Assembly: GCA_040389045.1 (NCBI GenBank)
Contig: JAZKAT010000034.1
Coordinates: forward strand, 5,323 to 69,322
Direction of reading: 5' to 3'
From: Pseudomonadota bacterium
Lineage (GTDB): Bacteria > Pseudomonadota > Gammaproteobacteria > DSM-16500
Length of the DNA: 64,000 nt
A program made the position numbers and the translations under genes. Shown here piece after piece: positions 58,522 through 64,000 of the stretch. The notes below the pieces were generated by a model that worked only from the letters and a program-made list of their open reading frames with translations, was not told the origin of the DNA and ran no database searches. Numbering within the stretch: position 1 is the stretch's first letter; every line of letters begins with the position of its first letter.

Positions 58522-59409
58522 ATGGTGACAACATTTCCGAATACTTCACACTCGCGTTTTGTTGAAGTTTTTGGCTCTAAAATGCATTTTATTGAAGATG
58601 GCAGCGGTGATCCCATTTTATTTTTACATGGCATACCGACCTCCAGCTATTTATGGCGTAATATTATTCCTTACATCGCTCCACTGGGACGTTGTATCGC
58701 GGTTGATTTAATCGGCATGGGCAAATCCGATAAACCCAATATTGACTACACCATTGAAGACCACATCAAGTATATTGACAAATTTATTGAAACCCTCAAA
58801 TTGAAGCGCCTCACTATCATCATGCATGGCTGGGGTTCCATTATCGGTTTTAATTATGCCATGAATCATGAAGCAAAATGCAAAGGCGTGGTATTTTACG
58901 AAGCTTATTTACGTCCATTCAATGAGGCAGATATTTCATTGCCGTATCAAGAACAAGTTACACTGCTGCAAGCAGAAGAACATAATGCCGAATTCGTCAT
59001 GAATGGCACACATTATGTAGACAAAATTCTCCCCCAAGGCATGATGCGTCCCTTGACCGATGAAGAAATGTCGCATTATCGTGAACCCTTCATGCAAAAA
59101 GGCGCGGAACGGCCGCTGCGTCAATATTTGCAGGAAATACCTTATGGCACAGGTAAAAGTTCAGTGGAAAAATTGATAACGGATTATTCGCAAAAATTAA
59201 CCAAATCAACACTGCCAAAATTAATGCTCTATTCACTGCCCGGATTTATCACTACAATGGCGACCGCGATATGGGCCAAAGAGCATTTACCTAATTTGGA
59301 AATTGTGGAAATCGGCGAAGAATTACATTTTGCGCAAGAAAGTAATCCCAGTTTAATGGGTGAAACAATTAGTGTATGGTTACAAGGCATAGAACAAATA
59401 ACAACATAA
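58522..59409 (+). CDS. haloalkane dehalogenase (HLD-II/DhaA)-like alpha/beta hydrolase lacking the Asp nucleophile
   Basis: Colinear with Rhodococcus DhaA: FLHGIPTSSYLWRNIIP, DLIGMGKSDKP, IIMHGWGSIIGF (DhaA has HDWGS), PLTDEEMSHYREPF, LHFAQESNP. Confidence 0.85.
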   Translation: MVTTFPNTSHSRFVEVFGSKMHFIEDGSGDPILFLHGIPTSSYLWRNIIPYIAPLGRCIAVDLIGMGKSDKPNIDYTIEDHIKYIDKFIETLKLKRLTIIMHGWGSIIGFNYAMNHEAKCKGVVFYEAYLRPFNEADISLPYQEQVTLLQAEEHNAEFVMNGTHYVDKILPQGMMRPLTDEEMSHYREPFMQKGAERPLRQYLQEIPYGTGKSSVEKLITDYSQKLTKSTLPKLMLYSLPGFITTMATAIWAKEHLPNLEIVEIGEELHFAQESNPSLMGETISVWLQGIEQITT

Positions 59410-59437
59410 CAGTTTTTGGTGGAGAATCAGTAGTTTT

Positions 59438-60454
59438 ATGAAAGCTTCTTATAACATAGCAGTAGTCGGCGCCACCGGCGTAGTGGGTAGCACTTTATTA
59501 AGTATTCTGGCGGAACGCGGTTTCCCTATAAAAAAATTATTTTTACTCGCCAGCCATCGTTCAGCGGGCGAAACCATTAAATTTAAAGATGTTGCTTATC
59601 CCATCAGCGACATTACCCACTTTGACTTCAGTCAAAGCGACATTAGTTTTTTCTGTGCTGGCAATGATATTGCCGCCGAATATGCCCCAAAAGCGGTAGC
59701 AGCAGGTAATATCGTATTAGATAAAAGTTCGCATTTCCGTTACGACAAAACCGTGCCGCTCATTGTGCCCGAAGTCAATCAGGCTGACATCGCTAAGTAC
59801 GCCAATCAAAAATTGATTGCCAGCCCTAACTGCAACACCATTCCACTCGTGGTCGCACTGAAACCTATTTATGATGCTGTCGGTATTACTCGTATTAATG
59901 TCGCGACTTATCAATCGGTTTCGGGTACTGGCAAGGCTGCGGTATCAGAATTGCAAGAGCAGAGCGGCCAAATTTTAAATGGAGAACCTATAGACCCCAA
60001 AGTTTATCCGCAACAAATCGCGTTTAATGTATTACCTCACATCGATGCATTTGAAGAAAATGGCTATACCCGCGAAGAAATGAAAATCGTCTGGGAAACC
60101 CAAAAAATCTTCAATGATGACACCATCGCCATCAATCCTACCGCCGTCCGGGTACCCGTTTATTGTGGGCATTCGGCAGCAGTCCATATTGAAACCCGTG
60201 AAAAAATTACCCTTAAACAAGCCTTAGACCTTTTATCCAGTGCCATCGGGGTAAAATTAATTACCGGCCAATACCCTTATCCAACCCCAGCTTTAGATGC
60301 GGCAGGCAAAGACCCGGTCTATGTAGGACGCGTTAGAGAAGATTTTTCTTGCGCTAAGGGCTTGAATTTATGGGTAGTTGCCGATAATTTGCGTAAAGGC
60401 GCCGCCCTCAATGCCATACAAGTCGCTGAAAGCATGGTAGGTTTTTCGCCCTAG
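59438..60454 (+). CDS. asd: aspartate-semialdehyde dehydrogenase (short ~340-aa type, in the usg position upstream of truA)
   Basis: IAVVGATGVVGS (NADP site), the active-site Cys in IASPNCNTIPL, and the His in YCGHSAAVHIE. E. coli Usg lacks this Cys. Confidence 0.82.
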   Translation: MKASYNIAVVGATGVVGSTLLSILAERGFPIKKLFLLASHRSAGETIKFKDVAYPISDITHFDFSQSDISFFCAGNDIAAEYAPKAVAAGNIVLDKSSHFRYDKTVPLIVPEVNQADIAKYANQKLIASPNCNTIPLVVALKPIYDAVGITRINVATYQSVSGTGKAAVSELQEQSGQILNGEPIDPKVYPQQIAFNVLPHIDAFEENGYTREEMKIVWETQKIFNDDTIAINPTAVRVPVYCGHSAAVHIETREKITLKQALDLLSSAIGVKLITGQYPYPTPALDAAGKDPVYVGRVREDFSCAKGLNLWVVADNLRKGAALNAIQVAESMVGFSP

Positions 60455-60583
60455 TCTAATAGGGCGAATATCTCACAAAAATAATATTCTTTAAGGCAAC
60501 TTTAAGATAGACTTGTTATATTAATATTATAAATAGTTACTCCAAAGGCACGGAATCGCTTTAACCCACACGAGGGGGACGGC

Positions 60584-60964
60584 ATGTCACACAAGAGTCG
60601 CACAAATTCAGTCAATACCCCCGATGACTCGGACAGTCATTACGATGATTCTCGCCCGACAAAAACCCAAAAGGACCTGGACTATAAAGCTTTTCAAGCT
60701 TTCATGGTTCAATATGAAACGTTAATTCCCGAACTCGTTGACTCCAGTTACCTGTTAGCGGATAGAATTTCAGCGCTGAAAGAATTATTAAAGCAGAATA
60801 GTGAATTACTAGCCGCCGCTACCAATCCCCACTTTATTCCCAAAGAAATGGTCGCCACCGCCAGACCTATTGAAGAAGTAAAAGCAATTTTAACGAATAG
60901 CGATGAACTGCTAAATGATATTTTATTTAACCTGCAACCAAGATCCAAATTTCAATATCGTTAA
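60584..60964 (+). CDS. hypothetical protein (orphan)
   Basis: 126-aa ORF with a GAGGGGGA RBS. No motif recognised. A half REP unit starts 3 nt after its stop. Confidence 0.45.
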   Translation: MSHKSRTNSVNTPDDSDSHYDDSRPTKTQKDLDYKAFQAFMVQYETLIPELVDSSYLLADRISALKELLKQNSELLAAATNPHFIPKEMVATARPIEEVKAILTNSDELLNDILFNLQPRSKFQYR

Positions 60965-60966
60965 TA

Positions 60967-60992
60967 CTGTCATTCCCACGCAGGCGGGAATC
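60967..60992. repeat. single (half) ATTCCC-N8-GGGAAT REP unit
   Basis: CTGTCATTCCCACGCAGGCGGGAATC. Confidence 0.8.
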
Positions 60993-61068
60993 GTAAATAA
61001 ATCCTTCACTTAACCTTTTAACTACTTTATGATTATCCCCCGCCAGGCTTTATCATCCCGAGGCTTTC

Positions 61069-61404
61069 ATGCACACCGTTAACCAATTTCTTGATACCGT
61101 ACAACCGGCGATTACCTTTTTGACTACGCACGCAATTCTGCGCTACTCGTTGATAGTCAGCATACTGATTCTGCTCGGCGTATTTTTTTATTTATACTAT
61201 GCCCAGCAACAAAAAACCACTGAACCCATTATTGATTTTCAAGCGATAGCAGGTGACGACGTCAACGCGACCCAGCTTGATCTTGCCAAAGCTTATCTGG
61301 AAATGGGTCAAAAAACTCAGGCCAAAACGATTTTACGCCAGACCGTGAAACAGGGCAGCAAGCCCCATAAAAACCGCGCGCGTCAATTGTTGAAATCACT
61401 TTAA
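61069..61404 (+). CDS. small membrane protein carrying only a FimV C-terminal-type motif (mini-FimV)
   Basis: A TM helix (YSLIVSILILLGVFFYLYY) is followed by DDVNATQLDLAKAYLEMGQKTQAKTILRQTVKQGSKPHKNRARQLLKSL, which resembles the FimV C-terminal repeat. It sits in the asd-fimV-truA position known from Pseudomonas. Confidence 0.6.
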   Translation: MHTVNQFLDTVQPAITFLTTHAILRYSLIVSILILLGVFFYLYYAQQQKTTEPIIDFQAIAGDDVNATQLDLAKAYLEMGQKTQAKTILRQTVKQGSKPHKNRARQLLKSL

Positions 61405-62187
61405 ATGCGTATTGCTCTCGGTATTGAATACGATGGCCATGATCTTTATGGCTGGCAGGCGCAAAGCGGTCTGCCCACCGTCCAGCAACACCTGGAAGAT
61501 GCCTTAACGAAAATAGCCAATCATCCCGTTAAATTATTTTGTGCCGGCCGCACCGACGCGGGTGTACACGCCACCGGCCAAGTCAGCCATTTTGAAACGA
61601 CTAACGTGCGCCATTTACATGCTTATACCTTAGGCGCGAATACGCATTTACCGCCTGGCATAGCCGTGCGCTGGGCGCAGCAAGTGGATGAACAATTCCA
61701 CGCGCGCTTTAGCGCTCGCGCCCGAACGTATCATTACATTATTTACAACCATCCCATCCGCTCGGCAATCATGTGCAAGCGTGCCACCTGGTGCCAACAC
61801 GAACTTGATATCACGCCTATGCAAGAGGCTGCTAACGCACTGCTAGGCGAACAGGATTTTTCTTCTTTTCGGTCAGCGCAATGCGAATCACACTCACCTA
61901 CGCGCAATGTGCACTTGGTTACCGTATCGCGTCAGCAACGCTATGTGATTATCACGCTCACCGCCAATGCGTTTTTACATCACATGGTGCGCAACATAGC
62001 GGGTGTGCTGATTCGTATCGGTAGCGGACGCCTGCGGGCGGCGCAAATGCAGGAAATACTGGCCGCCAAAGACCGCAGTGTTGCCTTTGAAACCGCCAGC
62101 GCCGCCGGTTTATACCTGGCGAAAGTCACTTATCCCGAACCCTATATATTCCCAAAGACGGAAAATTTACCGTTATTTTTGCTCTAA
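61405..62187 (+). CDS. truA: tRNA pseudouridine(38-40) synthase
   Basis: MRIALGIEYDGHDLYGWQ, the catalytic Asp in CAGRTDAGVHATGQV, and FLHHMVRNIAG. Confidence 0.95.
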   Translation: MRIALGIEYDGHDLYGWQAQSGLPTVQQHLEDALTKIANHPVKLFCAGRTDAGVHATGQVSHFETTNVRHLHAYTLGANTHLPPGIAVRWAQQVDEQFHARFSARARTYHYIIYNHPIRSAIMCKRATWCQHELDITPMQEAANALLGEQDFSSFRSAQCESHSPTRNVHLVTVSRQQRYVIITLTANAFLHHMVRNIAGVLIRIGSGRLRAAQMQEILAAKDRSVAFETASAAGLYLAKVTYPEPYIFPKTENLPLFLL

Positions 62188-62252
62188 AAGCTATTTTTAA
62201 CGTGAAATTACTTTTATAATCCAATAACTTTTTAGTAATCTGAGTAGTGTGC

Positions 62253-63104
62253 ATGAGTTGGTTAAAGAAATTATTACCCTCACGAATTCGCACCGATGCG
62301 ACCACCAAAAAAGGCGTTCCTGAAGGGCTCTGGTCGAAATGCGATAAATGCGGGGCAGTACTATATCGATCTGAATTGGAACGTAACCTCGAGGTTTGTC
62401 CCAAGTGCAGTCATCATATGCGCTTGTCTGCCCGTAAACGCCTGGAATACTTCCTGGATAATGGCTCTGAAGTCGAAATTGGCGCGGAAGTCCTGCCCGT
62501 AGACAAACTCAAATTCCGGGATTTAAAAAAATATAAAGATCGTTTATCAGCCGCACAAAAATCAACCAATGAAAAAGAAGCCCTGGTGGTGCTACAGGGA
62601 CGGGTGCTAGGCAAGCCCCTGGTAGCCGCCGCGTTTGAATATGGATTTATTGGTGGCTCTATGGGCGCGGTAGTGGGCGAACGCTTTGTTCGTGGCGCGC
62701 ATGCTGCCCTGGAAGCGAGAATTCCATTTGTCTGTTTTTCAGCGAGTGGGGGAGCGCGCATGCAGGAAGCATTAATTTCTTTAATGCAAATGGCAAAAAC
62801 CAGCGCCGCGCTTGCGCAACTGGCCGAACAAGGAATACCCTATATCTCGGTGTTAACGGATCCAACCATGGGTGGGGTATCAGCGAGTCTGGCCATGCTA
62901 GGTGATATTAATATTGCTGAACCCAAGGCCTTGATTGGATTTGCTGGCCCCAGGGTCATTGAACAAACAGTAAGAGAAAAACTGCCGGAAGGATTTCAAC
63001 GCAGTGAATTTTTATTGAAACACGGTGCAATCGATATGATTGTTAATCGTGCTGATATGCGCGAGACTATTGCCAGGCTACTGTCAAAATTATCGCGTGA
63101 ATAG
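62253..63104 (+). CDS. accD: acetyl-CoA carboxylase carboxyltransferase beta subunit
   Basis: MSWLKKLL start, Zn ribbon [28 protein letters not shown], and GGSMG...[11 protein letters not shown] 62253 is preferred over the upstream GTG at 62247. Confidence 0.95.
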   Translation: MSWLKKLLPSRIRTDATTKKGVPEGLWSKCDKCGAVLYRSELERNLEVCPKCSHHMRLSARKRLEYFLDNGSEVEIGAEVLPVDKLKFRDLKKYKDRLSAAQKSTNEKEALVVLQGRVLGKPLVAAAFEYGFIGGSMGAVVGERFVRGAHAALEARIPFVCFSASGGARMQEALISLMQMAKTSAALAQLAEQGIPYISVLTDPTMGGVSASLAMLGDINIAEPKALIGFAGPRVIEQTVREKLPEGFQRSEFLLKHGAIDMIVNRADMRETIARLLSKLSRE

Positions 63105-63137
63105 AACCATTTTATAAACTTGTTGAGGTGTCATCTT

Positions 63138-64000
63138 ATGGAAAAGAAAACAACACGCAGAATCATTGGGGTTCTGGTCGTCATTGCGCTGGTCATCATC
63201 TTGTTACCGCTTATGTTTAACGGTCCTGAAGACCAATCGCCGATTCAAACCAGCGAAGCCAAAGCACCAGCATTCCCCGGCACGGAAGTAGAAGCGAATG
63301 CCGCCAGCACCGAAAATACCAATATGATTCCACCTAGCCAAAGCGGCGCGTTGATCAACCGCATTGTTGCTCCTAGCGCACAACAAAAAGTGCCATCACC
63401 TGCGTCTGCCGAAACGGTTGCCAGCACTACTTCACAAAACTTGAGCCAGCCTGGAGTCGATAATGGGAATCCCATTCCAGAAAATATGAACATGCTCTCA
63501 GCGGATTTAACTGCGCCTATGTCATCAGCAGGCGAAGCGCCGATGATAAAACCCATCAACGAACTCACCGCAACCAATACCGCCGCTGAAAATGTGATTG
63601 TTATTGATTCTGACGGCGATGGTTCCACCACCACGTTAACTAAAGCGCTGGCGCAAGCTGACCTGGGCAAATCCGAAATGCAGGTAGCACCAATTCAAAC
63701 CGAAGTTTCTCCCGTTCAGGCTAGAACCACGGTCGTTCAAGCACAACCAGCACCTGCCAGAGTACAACCCACACCCGTTGTTACGGCACAAGCCGCACCA
63801 GCACCGACTATTTCTCCCACTCCGGTAATAACCAAGAGCATTGTCGCCGCCATTAGCAAGACGCCAACGATTGTTGCTACCGCCAAAAAACCTGCTCATG
63901 CTGCAAAGAAGACGGTAGCTTCTGCGGCGACAACAGCGCCTGTTAAAACCGTTGCTAGTAATAATGCGGAAATTTCGGCGAAAACGGTAGCTGACCTGAA
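63138..64000 (+). CDS. bitopic membrane protein with a long Ala/Pro/Thr-rich linker (possibly DedD/SPOR-type); 3' end outside the window
   Basis: Not in the ORF track because it is open at the window end. GAGGTG RBS, MEKKTTRRIIGVLVVIALVIILLPLMF (TM helix), then low complexity. Its position after accD resembles E. coli accD-folC-dedD. No SPOR domain is visible in the window. Confidence 0.6.
   Translation, partial: MEKKTTRRIIGVLVVIALVIILLPLMFNGPEDQSPIQTSEAKAPAFPGTEVEANAASTENTNMIPPSQSGALINRIVAPSAQQKVPSPASAETVASTTSQNLSQPGVDNGNPIPENMNMLSADLTAPMSSAGEAPMIKPINELTATNTAAENVIVIDSDGDGSTTTLTKALAQADLGKSEMQVAPIQTEVSPVQARTTVVQAQPAPARVQPTPVVTAQAAPAPTISPTPVITKSIVAAISKTPTIVATAKKPAHAAKKTVASAATTAPVKTVASNNAEISAKTVADL

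Noticed and set aside
60446-60467. A hairpin TCGCCCTA-GTCTAA-TAGGGCGA spanning the asd stop codon, considered as an intrinsic terminator.
   Set aside because: The 8-bp stem has no downstream U-tract (ATATCTCACAAAA). That is too weak to call.
63245-63899. Antisense ORFs (63245..63670, 141 aa; 63636..63899, 87 aa) opposite the partial membrane-protein gene at the window end.
   Set aside because: These are low-complexity shadow frames. The + strand frame has an RBS, a TM anchor and syntenic support after accD.

Overview
This is a 64-kb chromosomal window from a moderately AT-rich gammaproteobacterium. It is probably Legionellales-like, judged from a eukaryote-type kinase, a 1612-aa NAD-GDH and the repeat families; that call is inference only, since no database search was possible.

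Most of the window is core genome in well-known syntenic blocks:
- sdhE-ygfX, then lepA-lepB-rnc-era-recO-pdxJ-gltX-cysS-hemF
- mltD-gloB-yafS-rnhA-dnaQ
- uvrY(gacA/letA)-uvrC-pgsA-tRNAGly-tRNACys-tRNALeu-fdxA
- yoaA-tsaB and gdhB
- asd-(mini fimV)-truA-accD

Five tRNAs were found by hand folding. None is in the ORF track.

Several accessory modules are interleaved with the core:
1. A tightly coupled adenylase-MBOAT-carrier protein operon (DltABC logic) in a diderm, with no DltD/DltX visible.
2. A stand-alone REC gene next to a REC-GGDEF-EAL paralogue.
3. A 10.6-kb MSHA-type type IV pilus locus (mshI/I2-J-K-L-M-N-E-G). It ends in three tandem diverged major-pilin genes, and its ATPase carries an MshEN-type c-di-GMP motif.
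4. An AT-rich islet next to tRNA-Ala. It encodes a Pro/Thr-rich secreted protein, a His-rich NlpC/P60-like protein, a Hanks-type kinase (DFG replaced by DHN) and an orphan ORF.
5. A haloalkane-dehalogenase-like protein lacking the Asp nucleophile.

At least three REP-like hairpin families sit at gene 3' ends. The main one is built from ATTCCC-N8-GGGAAT units. No CRISPR array, rRNA, transposase or integrase was seen.

All calls rest on my own reading of motifs and on remembered family knowledge. Start codons are best guesses.
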